From Paramecium tetraurelia (taxonomy: Eukaryota), in contig CT867999.1 of the NCBI GenBank assembly GCA_000165425.1, positions 186,001 through 250,000 on the forward strand: a DNA stretch of 64,000 nucleotides, written 5' to 3'. Below, one piece after another: positions 1 to 12,556 of the stretch. How positions within the stretch are numbered: position 1 is the stretch's first letter; every line of letters starts with the position of its first letter. The notes under the pieces were generated by a model. That model was not told the origin of the DNA. It ran no database searches and saw only the letters and a list, made by a program, of their open reading frames with translations. The position numbers and the translations under genes are program-made.

Positions 1-412
1 ACACTCAAATTTGAATTGGCTACAATAACATTCTAAATTACACAATAAAAGTCCTATCACTTTATGATATTTTTATTTAAATGAATCTTTATGACTAACT
101 TGCTTAGTATTGAGAATGGGAATCGCCCCTTTTCTCTTTGTTGATAAACCGATTCTACTTTTTGAGAGGGCCTTCCTTCTTTAAAAGGAATTATTAAGCG
201 CAGCATCAGTGGACTTATCAGATATGTAAAACATTTACTTGTGAGGTTTTTACATTTATCATTCTTGTTTCACCTTATTTTTCAGAATCAAAAACCTCTT
301 TCATGTACTTTTCTTGATAAAACTTTGTTTTTTAAAAGGTTTTTTCCAAATTCTTATTAACAGGGCTCTATTGTTTGTTAGCATTTTCTTTTTTTGATAA
401 ACATACACCCAT
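1..412 (-). CDS. N-terminal part of a probably N-myristoylated/palmitoylated protein (runs off the window start)
   Basis: Code-6 translation MGVCLSKKENANKQQSPVNKNLEKTF... with an MGxC acylation motif and one ~25 nt GTA..AAG intron; the frame stays open towards base 1. Confidence 0.6.
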
Positions 413-1178
413 TGGTTTTCAAAACTATATATTTATTTAATTTTTTATAATAAACTTTAAGAAATTAGAAAACGTTAAAATATACCTTGATTGAAAAAGG
501 TTGATCTTTTAATTTTTAAGAAATTTTGCCATAAATTAGTATAATTTATTTTTAATCAATTAAAATTTGATTAATTAAGACGCTAATCACTAATGAATCA
601 TTTACCTAATTTGATTGCCTTACATCAATCGAACTATCTTGAATGCATTGCTTATGTTTTGTCTGAAATCTAAGAGCAACAGAAAGCATGTTAAACTATT
701 AATGCATTGAATTGTATAAATAAATTGAATGAGATTTGGATAGTTAAGAGTAGAAGCTATCTGAATGGCTGAAGGAATGATAGTATCATAATAGTGGTTT
801 TCTGTTGCTTTTAAATCAAGATTCTCACTGAGAAAAAACCACTTTATTTTATTCTATAGATGGGAATTAGATTTTGATTTAGCAACTAAATAAGTGGCAG
901 AAGAGGGTAGTTAATTTGAATGAGATGAAGTATTGAAGATTCAAATATTACATAGTTTGTAAAAATAGATTCTCGATTTTCATATTGTGGATTATCATTA
1001 TTAACATTGATGTTTAAATTGAGTTAAATCGGCAAATCTAATTATAAGATAAGGGAAATCTATATAAGTGATTACTAAATTAGAGTAACAAGGATATCAT
1101 AAATTAATATTGAAAATAATGGATATCAATAAAACAATAAATGTAGTAGCTTAAAATGATAATTTACTATAACTATAA

Positions 1179-1682
1179 TCAATATATAGATTTTTTAAAT
1201 TTAGTAAAGTCGACTTGATACTTTTTAGGATTATTAGGACTTAATATCTACCTTATTTTTGATATTGTAGTCTTAATATCAAGTGGAGTTTGCCATTCTA
1301 ACTAACTGTCTTGAGTCTTTGTACTTGGTGTATGGAGACTTGGTTTAGAAGGATTATGAGAATTGAACTTCAAATTGTTTTGCTTAATTCGAAAGTTTGC
1401 AGGAGATTCTGGGATTCTGTTCTTTTGTTTTGAATTGAAGTTGGGACTGTAAATTCCCTAAGCTTTTTTAAGTGATGAAAGAGTGATTCTCTAAGTGTGT
1501 CTGAAATGGTTGACTGCTTTGGTAGATTGATTTGGGGTTTATTTGCCATATAATTCAAGACTCAATAGGGCTTATGGAGTTTTATTTTTTTATTCTTGAT
1601 CCTTCACAATGATGATGCTATCATAATTGATATCATAGTTGAGATGCCTCTCGGTGAGTTCTGTTTTATGTCGATGATTCAT
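1179..1682 (-). CDS. Hypothetical protein (~167 aa, Ser/Pro/Lys-rich)
   Basis: Uninterrupted code-6 frame MNHRHKTELTERHLNYD...KYQVDFTKFKKSIY*. The ORF-track call at 1370-1558 is in a different frame. Confidence 0.6.
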
Positions 1683-1741
1683 TAACGATAATATTTTTAT
1701 AATATGTTTGTCATTATATTTATGAGAGAAGCCTATAATAT

Positions 1742-3220
1742 TCATAGTCCAATTTAAATTGCATGAAGAATTGAAATAACTTTCTAAATAGTTAAATTGA
1801 TATTATTACTTTTAAATGTCTTCTCCTTTGTACACAATGAATTCATGAGGAGTAATATCAAAGAAGCCTAATATCGCGACATTCTTTTGAGTTTATAAGA
1901 ATTTGATTTTTTAAACTAAAGCACTAATGCAACTCTTTTTCAGTTTGTATTAGACTATTGAATTGAATGCTAAATCATAGGGTTCGTCGCTTTCATGAAC
2001 TTAAATTTTTATTATCTAAGATTAAATTAACAGGGCTATGATTCCAATAACTGGCCTCTACTATATTTATTGATTGTGTATAGAAATAAACTTCTCATAG
2101 CAATCCTTAACTCTCAAATCTTCAATTAATTATATTGATATTTTACATCTTTTCTCTTAGAATTATTGATTGAGCTTTTGTATAAAGGAGGTGACATGAG
2201 TTTCAATAGTGGACATCAATTGTTTTTTTGCAGTTTGCTTAACTTTCTTCTACATTGCAGAACAAATTCTCTCAACAATCAGGGGATAGGAATCATCAAA
2301 ATAGACATCCACTTTGAATATCTAACTATTATAATTTTATTTCAATTACTCATTCAATTCAATTTATAAACACATAAGTATCTTCGAAATAGGTGAAGAT
2401 GATCTTAATCGACAATTGGTGTTTAAATCAAGATATGCTCTTTTTGTACTTGGTAGGACTTATGAATTTTGTATTTGGCAATTTTAGTATGAAGTGCTTT
2501 ATGTTAGAATATTTATGGTATCATTATGCTATGTTGATTTATCTTGGATTAATTCGAATGCTCTAAAACTCTCTACAGTTTCACTCTTGATGCTCTTATA
2601 ATCTGATTAGTTTTCTTTGTCTCCAGAGGATTAGGGTGTTTATGGCAGTGGTCTATTCTGCGTGACTTATTTAATCTGGTGATCGATGGTTTCAAATTCC
2701 TTTTCTCTATTGGATTCTAGAGGAAATGGTTGGATTTAACATTTTTTCATTATCAATTAAGCCTTGATTCTAAGAAGATTTTAGAGTAGAATAACGTTGG
2801 TTCCAAATTTAGCGCTTGTTGCTATGAAATTTATTTGGTTTTAAGCGCAATAATTTTCTAATTCGTCTTAAAGTGATAATTGGGAATCTACTTTGTTGTT
2901 GATGAGGACAATAAATTAATAGGAACGATTCAGTTATTTAAGTATTATTTGAATTCTATGAAAATAGATAAAAATATATACTTTGATTTGGCATATTGGA
3001 TTGATTATGATGATTAGTCACACACAATCAGAAAGCAAAGAGCATCTGGAATGTAGGATTCATCTTTTTAGAATTCATAGATAAATAGTGTTTCTTGCAT
3101 TTTATCATGTAATTAAACAGTTTTAAGATCAGTTGAAGAGTCCAATGATTTAAGGATTGTTTTTTTACCAACTGCTTTTGCTCCCGATATGATAGCTTTA
3201 AATTGATAATAATATTTCAT
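1742..3220 (-). CDS. Degenerate Rab/Ras-like small GTPase domain fused to a long C-terminal extension
   Basis: MKYYYQFKAIISGAKAVGKKTIL (G1-like), LINNKVD (G4), IATSAKFGTNV (G5), no DxxG. About 330 further codons follow, with short GT..AG introns and TGA at 1742-1744. Confidence 0.7.
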
Positions 3221-3241
3221 TTCTAAAATTCAAATTTTGAA

Positions 3242-3960
3242 ATGAATAAAATTTATAGTTAATATAATCTAGAAAGATTATGATTGCGATAATCTATAAA
3301 GGATTTACTAAATAAGAATCTAATTTAGACGTAGTATTACAAAAGAACTGATATCACAATATGAAGGAAAATTATGCAAATTAAAAATATTCTGAAATTG
3401 ATTAAGACTTATCATACAGATTAGAAGAAACTATCAAAATGGGTTAGATTTAAACACTTTCAAGTTGTTCCCAAATAAGAATTATTTAATACTTTTGATA
3501 AATGCATAAATATTTGACAAGGATGTCTATTTAATAAATAAGAAATGATTTTGATCGTTAGTTAAAATGGTTGTAATGGTTACATATATGATTGAATGGA
3601 AAGGTTGAGAATTTGTTTCATAGTTCAATCCAAAATAATTTAAGTTCTATTTACAATACTCAACCTTACATATGCGAATTACAACTGAAAACAATAATTT
3701 TATCCTTAATCTCAACTTTACCTCCTAAATACTCACTTATATCTGGAACATAATTTATTGATATCACACCGACTGAATGGAACCAACCTAATGATCAATT
3801 TGCAATGTCTATCAAAAATCAGTTAAATATAGCATATAATTATTGATGCCCATTATCTAATCCATATTAATATCCCTAAGATTAACATATTTAAATAATG
3901 AGTTTAAGCATGTCAAGAAAGAGGAAAATCTGTCTACTTAGGATTCATTAATAATGTGAT
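3242..3960 (+). pseudogene. Possible decayed coding sequence
   Basis: Coding-like stretches in several frames, each broken by TGA; no intron model restores a frame. Confidence 0.2.
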
Positions 3961-3993
3961 TAAATAATAAATGATGTTATTAAATAATTATCA

Positions 3994-5217
3994 ATGATTA
4001 AAAAGTTATTTTATACATTTTCAACTATTTCTAATCCTTACAAAGTTTTGGGTATAAACAAGGGGGCTTCACCATAAGAAATAAAATAAGCATATTACAA
4101 ATTAGCTTAGCTTTACCATCCAGATAAAAACGCTGCTAAGGATGCTGCTAAAATGTTCACTCAAGTTAATAATGCCTATGAGATTCTGTCAGATGAAGTA
4201 TTGTTATCTAATAGCATAGAGCAAAAGAAGGATGTATGACACATGTGGGGTTTAAGAGGATAATAGTGATGAATAAGATTTTGAGGATGAATTGAGAGGC
4301 AATGCAAATAGTTATCAATAAAAAGCAAGGAGAAAATAATCAAAGGGCAAATATTACTCAAAATTTCATTAAGCAGAATATGAGACGATATTTAGCGAGT
4401 TTGATCAATTTTTTTAGTAAAAGCATGGTAAAAAGAAAGCCTACTATGCTAAGAAAAAGGGAGATGATATAAAGTTGGATTTGAATTTGAGCTTCAAAGA
4501 TTCAGTGTTTGGTGGAAAGCATAAATTGTCGTATAATAGATAGAAGACTTGTGATACTTGCAAGGGGAGTAGATGTGCTCCAGGGAAGACAGCACAAAAG
4601 TGTTTTTCTTGTGGTGGATCAGGATGGTTGTTTTATGTAGATGGAGGGAGTTCGATGGAAGTAAAGTGCAACAATTGTGATGGATGGGGAAAGGTAGTTA
4701 GAGATCCTTGTCACACATGCGAGGGGAGTGGAATAGTTGAAAAAGAATTTGATATTGAAATAGAATTACCAAAGGGAATTCAAAATGGGACGATAATTAG
4801 ATAGTCAAGATATGGTCACGCAGTATTTACATTCTTTGATAGTAGAGTTAATACTAGGGAGAACCAGGGGATTTGTTGATAGAAGTAGAAGTGGAAGAGG
4901 ATAATACTTTGAGGAGAGATGGAAATAACATCATAAGTGAATTAGAGTTGAGTGTGAGTGAGATGGTGTTGGGATGTAAGAAACAGATTCAAACTATTTG
5001 GGGTGCATTAGAGGTATGGAATTCATATGGAGTTTAGATTTCGATTCCAGGAGCTCAATAGCCTAGGACTAAGTTGTAAATACCGCAGTATGGAATTCAA
5101 TATGGGTAATCCCAATGGAAGAAGGGAGATCATATTGTGATTCTGAACTTGGAGATTCCGTAGCAAGTGAATGAGAGAACAAAACAATTATATTATGAAC
5201 TTTTAAAGCAATTATGA
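3994..5217 (+). CDS. dnaJ: Type I DnaJ/Hsp40 co-chaperone, probably mitochondrial
   Basis: J domain [33 protein letters not shown]; four zinc repeats CDTCKGSR, CFSCGGSG, CNNCDGWG, CHTCEGSG; C-terminal GEPGDLLIEV. Short basic/Phe leader MIKKLFYTFS. Introns include 4198-4219. Confidence 0.93.
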
Positions 5218-5251
5218 TTTCGAAATCCGTTTTTGTGTTATTAATAATAAA

Positions 5252-6924
5252 ATGAAGTGGACACTGATTATAGTGGCTCTTTGCATGTATACATTGCATG
5301 CAAAGTTCAGATCTTGATACTGTCAAACAACTGTTGACAGATTTGAAAACCAATGTATAATTAGATATAGAGGCCTTGGATGCAGCCTGGGAATTACATA
5401 AGAAAAACAAGCAATCAATAATCGATGCCTTAGGTTTCTCAGCATCAGAGTAAAGAAGTGAATGCGCAAAAAAAGACGAAGATGTTTAAAGCAAATAGAG
5501 GGATATCAAAATAACTAATGATTTCGTAGCTTGGATGTAAAAAAGATAGGGATTGAATTCTCAAAGATTAGGTGTTTTGGAAGTTAATAGGTATGTACAT
5601 CATCTATCAATAGATGTTAAGCAAGCAACAATTACGTACATGACATCAAGAATTACAAAATTGCCTTGGCATTAGTCAAATTCTTGAGAGAATAATTAGA
5701 CAAACTTGATTCTAATGCAACACCTGCCTAAAAACAAGAATTTTTATAAAAAGTACACAAATTCGTGTAAATCTATCAAACAGGCAAGCTCTTAACCATG
5801 GTTGAATAAATTCAAATGAATGATGATGGTTCCTATGTCTTACCCAACATCGAAGGTGAAGAATAAGATCTCACTGAATCCGCACTTACTCAAACTAGAG
5901 GAAAAAGAAATGCCAACAAAGTGCTCCTTCAATAATAATAGACTACTGTCATTTCCTCAAGTGATGGTGATGATAAGGCTGATAGTGCAGTTGTCCTTAT
6001 TCCTAGTCAATGTGATGATTCTATTAACACTGTTATCGTTGTCTAAAATGATGATGGCACAGGTGGTGATGATGATTTACACATTAAATTCACTAATGGA
6101 GGAGGCTCAGGAACTCAAGGAGGATCCTCAAAACCCAAGCCATAGCCAAAACCAGAACCAAAACCAGAACCAAAAAAAGAAGAAGAGAAGCCAGAAGAAG
6201 AGGCTGAAGACGAGGAAGCATCCTAAGAGGATGATGGATAACATACAGATGAACCTGCAGGAGAGGAAGAATCTAATGATGATAATAAAACAGATGATCA
6301 ACCCACTAATCCAACAGGTGAAGAAGATTCCCATGATGATGGAAATGATGGCAATGGAGATGACAATGGAGATACTAATGGAGAAGGTAATGATAATAAG
6401 AGTGAAGATAAAAAATAACCCAATAAAGACAATGGTGGTGAAAAATAGGGTGAAGAAGAGGAGGATTTAAGTGTATAATCATAATTTTAATATACTCTAG
6501 GATATCAGAAAGGTCTTAGATGCAATTGAAAAGCATTCCAAAAAGTCATTAGATTTAGAATAAGAGGATGAAGTCAGAAGTTCCATGATCTACATTGACT
6601 TTAAATTGCACATTGAATTAGAAAATCAATACTTTGATAAATAAGTTGCTGGAGAAAAAGAAAACCTAGTACTATTATATATCATATTATAGATCAAACT
6701 CACAAATCAATTAACTAGTAGAGTTGGAATTGCTAGACAATGTAATGCAAGACTTAAGCAAATCGATATCGCTTATTAAGTTAGCTAAGATGTACTAATC
6801 AAATACTTATTCTTAGGATTACAATGATTCATATTAACATTACTTGGAACTTAGAAAGCAAAAGGAGGAAGAACTTGCAACCTTTGATGACATATATAGA
6901 ATTTATACCACTTAGGTTGTTTGA
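5252..6924 (+). CDS. Trichocyst matrix protein-like secretory precursor with a long acidic/Pro-rich spacer (frame discontinuity near 5280-5305)
   Basis: Signal-like MKWTLIIVAL; helical half 1 SDLDTVKQLLTDLK...RCQASNNYVHDIKNYKIALALVKFLRE; helical half 2 DIRKVLDAIEKH...RQCNARLKQ...EELATFDDIYRIY; four short introns; PKPEPKPEPK and D/G/N-rich spacer between halves. Confidence 0.7.
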
Positions 6925-7263
6925 ATTTCACACCATAAATCATAAAATTATTCAATTTTATAATTATAAATATTAATCTTAATCACTTGAATTCATCAAA
7001 GATTCATATCTACTGAACCTCTGCATCCTAACTTCAAATTATCTATATGCAATTCTGCTTAATTCTCCTATATTTATGTAATCAAAAATGTATTATAAAA
7101 TTTAATTACTTAAATATCTTCACTCAATTGTGAAATTTTATCCTTCATTCTACCAGTTCCATTTAAGTTACTACTAATGATGTCAGTCTGCATTATAATC
7201 TTGAATAATGTGAATACAAATTAGAATATTACGTTTTTATAGATTTACAATAATTATTTTATA

Positions 7264-8244
7264 ATGTCAATAACTGTTTCGACCTGTCAACAGATTTGCC
7301 AATCACCTTTAAACCTTAGTCCATCTAAGAATCTATGGACATTCTCCAAATCAGAGAGATTTGGCAAATTAGCTAATCCAGTATTGTAATTGATTCTGAT
7401 CTCAATTTTAGTTGCTAATAAGCCTTTTACAATCTTCCTTCAATGATTGAAAAAAGATCAGCTGGCATCGGCAAAGGCAATAAGTACAAATGAATATTAA
7501 AATACAGGGTTGACTTCACCAAAGTAGTTGTTCCAAGCCCATCTCCCCAACAATATGATTTAGGCAGTGATGTCTAAAATAATTAGAAAAAGAATAAAGG
7601 ATTTAAATTTGGAGTGAGCAGAGATAAAATGGCCAGTACAGGCATTTTAGGAACCTTAAATCTCAAGACTCCAGGTTACAACTCTTTAATTTACCCCTTT
7701 AGCTCCTGGAACCTATGATCTAGGAAATACCTTAAGTGATATAAGATACACAATGAGGCCAAAACCATAGAAAAGCTCTTTAATTTCCAATGCTAAGGTT
7801 CCAGGACCAGGATAATATGAATCATTACCAGCTATCAACGAGAAAGGGAGATATCCAATATCAAAATACAACAATTCATGTGCCACTTTATTCAATCCAA
7901 AATCCTCAAAGAGATTTACAACTGATTATTGTAAGAATGAGTACCTCTCTTATTTTTATAGCCACTAAAGTACCTGGTCCAGGACAATATGGACTTGATA
8001 AGACAGGAATCTAATAAGTATTATCGATTAAAGAATATATAGGATGGCAGATATTTTTTATCTAAATTCCATGATTCAAATGTAAGAAGTTTTCCAAAAG
8101 AAGCAAGAAGAACAGGTTCAAATGAAAAATGTAAATAATTGATTTAAATTAGATTAAACACCTGCACCTGGAAATTATAGATTGCCATCTGAGTTTGGCT
8201 ATTATGAGGCCAGCAAAAGCGTTGGACACACTGAACCAAAATGA
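7264..8244 (+). CDS. SHIPPO/PG-rich repeat (ODF3/STPG-like) ciliary protein
   Basis: Repeated P(G/A/S)P(G/Q)xY motifs: PSPQQY, PAPGTY, PGPGQY (x2), PAPGNYRLPSEFG; several 22-30 nt introns. Confidence 0.85.
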
Positions 8245-8419
8245 GCAAACAATAATATATAAAGATTAACATCTATATAGATTATTTTAATCTCTTCAAG
8301 TTTTATCATCCTTTAACTTTTGGTTAATATATTTGTAGAGAAGCTAATTATTAAGTTTTTGAATCATAATTAATCTTAATCTCATGATAGATAATTTATT
8401 TAATATTTATAATAAATAG

Positions 8420-8960
8420 AAAAAGTATAAAACTAATTAAATTTAGAGGAAAGCATTTAAAATAAAAAATATTATCAATACGTAAAACAGATGGAGAAGT
8501 AATGGATAATTTTAGATTCAAAAAATCGAATTGATAAAAGTAAGCAACAATTAAAAGTAGGCTTAAAATAAAATCGATAGACTTAATTGGAACTTCTAAG
8601 GAAAATGTAGTTGTTGATTAATGTATGTGTTTTATAATATTAGATAAAGGATTTTAAATAAAAAGAATCTAAATACCCTTGGTCTGCGAATTTGAAAGCT
8701 AAAATAAAATCTCTGAGAGCTGGAGAAAAAGAAAAACCATACTCCAAGTTTAAGAAAATTATTGAATTAAGAAAAAAAGTTAGAATGATAACCAATTCAT
8801 AACAATAAAGAGCATTAAAATCCTTATATAATATGAATTGAAAATGATGATCAATGCACAAGAATGAATAAAAAACAATCTGGTATTAAAATAGAAGGAT
8901 TACAAAAATACCATTAAATAACAAATTTTCTAATGGATTCTCATAGTATACAAGTGAGTA
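8420..8960 (+). pseudogene. Decayed 3-prime fragment of the pseudokinase gene at 41022-42790
   Basis: Aligns by eye with ~42125-42700: KNRIDKSKQQLKVG vs KNRIDESEQQLKVG, LELLRKM vs LDLLRKM, same intron gta(t/a)gtgttttataatat(t/g)ag, PW..NLKAKIKSL vs HW..NVKSKIKSL. Contains deletions and in-frame TGA. Confidence 0.8.
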
Positions 8961-9012
8961 GGGATATAAATTTTTATTCTATTAAATATCTATTTAAGTT
9001 AGTTTTTTTAAA

Positions 9013-10887
9013 TCATTTTTTTGGTTTCTAAGGAGTTGGCTCTTCTATTTCATCACATGGTATTAATTGAATGTCTGATAGAGGAGAGCAAGGGCTTTTA
9101 ATAAAACTAGTTGATAGTTTCCCTTTCTGTTTTTAAGAATCCTATTAATTTTTTTTTTTAAATACATTGCAATGATCTAAATATAGTTTTAATTAGTTAT
9201 TGATGTAAGATTTCGACAAAATTGGGTTCAATTTTGGAACGAATTGAGATTAACTGGACTATAAGTGTTTGCATTGTGATGGTGATATGTTTAATTGATT
9301 ATCTTTCTCTTTTTCTAAATCATGCGCTATCAATTTTTAAGGAATTGGTAATTTCGTATTAATTAGAGGAGGTGGTAAATTCTTCAGAATTTCTATCTAT
9401 TCCTTAGTAAATAAGATCTTCTTCAGCAGATCTATCTCTTATAACTTTTTTAGTATTGTCACAATATCTAAATTCTTTATGATTTTTGTTCTGGCTTTAA
9501 CAAATTGTTAATGCTTATCTTTCTAAAACCCAAAAATGATAAGAAATGTCTCCCACATAGATTGATTTAGCTTTTAATTACAGTCTATACTTAAATTTTC
9601 AATAGGATGATTATTCAAATTGATTGGTGATGAGAACTCCCTATCCGTCTAAATAATTTAGGCTTGAGTTGGAGGTTAGATTTGTTTTTCCTATACGCCT
9701 TAAAATCTGTAGAGAGAATTTGCTATTTCAAGCTTCATCAAATTGTCTATAATAGGTTTAGATATTAAAGCAACAATTATTATAAAGATTTGCAAAATAC
9801 CTCCAAGTTTTCCTAAAATAGTTTACAATTTGATATATGTTCTGATATTATTAGTCTATTTGAAGTCTAACCTGATAAAGTGCAGAATTAGATATTACTA
9901 GTTATAAAAGTCTGATATTTCTCTCCAATCTGTTTGTTGAATATTTTACTAACCATTTTCAACATCCCAAATTAACCCTTCATCTGTGGTAGTCTGAACA
10001 ACTCTATATGACTACACAATCGTTTTTGATGTGCTATAAGAAAAACCGCTGAACTCATTTGTAATAATTTATTTATATGGTTCTCCAGGATTATCAAGCT
10101 AGGCTAAATAATCACTTTTATAGACATTATAATGGCCTGCTTACAAAATATCTTAGATTTCTTCTTAAGGAGCACAGTCCTGAAAAGTACTAGTATTCTG
10201 GCAAGCTGTGAATTATATATATAAATATTTATATTCCAAGGCATTGAATTAGCCTTTTAAAACCTAATTAATTAAAATTATTTCTTACTGGGGGATTTGT
10301 TTTTATATAATCTCTATTAATACATTGAACTCCGCCAAATCTTATCGTCTTAAAGTATTCTTTTTAAAGGTCAGTTGTAAAATGCGACATATTGCAAGGC
10401 TCTATTGGCATTTCAATGCACCTAACTTAAATTATTTTATACTTCAATGAGACTGTTATATTTCCTGTTGATGGATTTCTTATCCTTTCTCTACTGCACT
10501 GACTCACATTCAAATTAAAGTATTTATTGATTCCAATCAACGGCTCGGAAAAGCGGTTGGCGATTGATATTGCTAAGGTGAAATTTTCATTATGAAGATA
10601 ATAGGACTAAGTTATAAGAATCAATTTACATCTGTCTCTAAAACTTGAATTTCTGTTTAATATATCGAAGGCTTCGATTTTGAAATCATAGAATTGATTT
10701 CAGTAATCAAATAGTATGCACTTAGTGTTCCAATCAAAATTGACATTACAAATCCAAATTTGGACGTGTATTTACTTCTATTGAGAACTGTAAAACTTGG
10801 AAGTTGACCAAATATGTCTATTTGATACACTAATTCATTTTTTAATTTTAACAATGTTAGAGAAATGCTTTCTAATATCTTTGGCAT
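9013..10887 (-). CDS. Ciliate two-transmembrane protein with a large Cys-containing ectodomain (copy A)
   Basis: MPKILES...IDIFGQLPSF...KYTSKFGFVMSILIG (TM1), ectodomain with PCNMSHF, VQCIN, FTACQN..DCAP, then RTYIKLQTILGKLGGILQIFIIIVALI (TM2); short introns. Confidence 0.85.
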
Positions 10888-12556
10888 TTTTAAATTAAAT
10901 ATCAAATTTTGAAGAACAATTAAAATCTGATATTTCAAAATGGAAGTGATTTTAGCTTGATTGTTAACTTCAAAGATAAGATTGATTTAATTAATACCTG
11001 ATAGGGGCTATCAAATTAGAGTTTATAAATTAATAAACGAAGAATTCATGTAAATAATTAACATGATAAATTCAATTGTACAATTACAAACCTATATGAC
11101 TGACACAAATGTTTTAAGTCAAAAGTGAAAGATTTTGTTTTAACGAAATTTTTCATGAAAATTATAATTATTAAAATTTATTTAATTGTTAATTAAACTT
11201 CAATAAATATTGATTATAGGGTCTGCTTGTATTGTATTTTAGTAATAACATTTGATTTTCTAAATTTTTAGGTTTAAGAATTTAGTTTGTTTCAACTTGT
11301 TTCCTAAAGATTTAACGAAACTACTAAAAGAAAATTTAATTCAAAAGTAAAAATCGTTAGCAAATCTTTATAATGAAAGTGAAAATTGGGACACTTAGAT
11401 CCCTCATTTTAGACTGATAATTGCCTTTTGTATTTAACGAAAATTATCTTCTTGCCTTGGATATTTGTAAAAATAAAAGATAAATCTTTCACGTTATTAT
11501 CTCTTAATTTATTATAATTATATATTTTTCATTACATCTGCAACTATTCCTTTTAACTAGTATAAAAAATTCGAAAGTCTGAATATTTAATGTATGATTT
11601 ATCAGTTCAGATAATTAATTTTATCTACTTTCCTTAAACTTCATCCTTATTTTATTAAAATAATGTTTAATTGTCAAATTGAATTCATGCTGGGAATAAA
11701 TGTAGGTTATAATTTCTTAATTTTTTACTTAAGTTAAAACTTCAAGCCTCTAATCAACATATCAATAATACATTCTCACTCCTTGACCTAACATTTGTTT
11801 AAAACCTGTAAAATGAAATAATTCATCATTACAGAGGCTTACAGAGGCTTTATTCTAAATTTTAAACTCAAAATCAAGGCAAAGGAAAAATATGAAATCA
11901 TAATATAGCTAATACTCTATGTAAATTATTGAGCTTTTAGAAGAGTCTAATATTTCAGAAATTGATGTAGAAATCAACTAAAACCTCAAATATAGTAATT
12001 TTTAAAGATCAATTGGAACAACTGGATTATTGATAATGATATAGAAATAAAGTTTTTAATTGATTGAATATTATGTGCTTCATTTAACAAGTAATTAAAA
12101 TAGTTGATAGTAAAGTATAATAAGTTTAGGATTAATTGAGGTTATTCTACTAGTTACTTTAAACTTTGCAACACTTAAACTAATATTTTAATAAATGGTT
12201 TTAATCGCTAAATTAGCAAGATTGGTTTAAAATAAGAGTTATTTAATTTTTATGCAAATTTTGATAATTTAAATATGAAATGGATGAACTTTTTTGTAAT
12301 TTAATGAAGAAGGATCAAGTAATTTTGAGAAAAAAAGAGTTGCAACTATGATGAAACTTTTTTTTACAATTCACTATAATAAATAAATCAAATTAAGAAG
12401 GATTGAGAATGTTTGTAAATTAAAGGATAGTAACTAAATCGGCATAGTAATATTTAGTTTTTTGTCAATATTTGATTTTAAGAATAAAATTTAATTAACT
12501 ATGAAAAATTCGTTTTTTAAGTATTTTTGAGAACTGAGATATGTAATATTTATTTT

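Noticed and set aside
430..983. Possible minus-strand gene starting MKIENLFLQ
   Set aside because: A frame can be built with introns, but there is no recognisable motif and the 3-prime end is ambiguous.
3280..3850. In-frame TGA as Trp or Sec readthrough (also at 33250-33520)
   Set aside because: All well-supported genes here use TGG for Trp and TGA as stop; no selenoprotein context or SECIS was recognised, so decay is simpler.
5820..6470. 216 aa Met/Lys-rich ORF in the track
   Set aside because: Alternative frame of the acidic spacer in the TMP-like gene; the true frame contains TAA/TAG Gln codons.
11829..11850. 10 nt direct repeat (ttacagaggc x2) as a transposon footprint or IES scar in the long 11.0-12.5 kb gap
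   Set aside because: A single short duplication with no terminal inverted repeats or transposase remnant.
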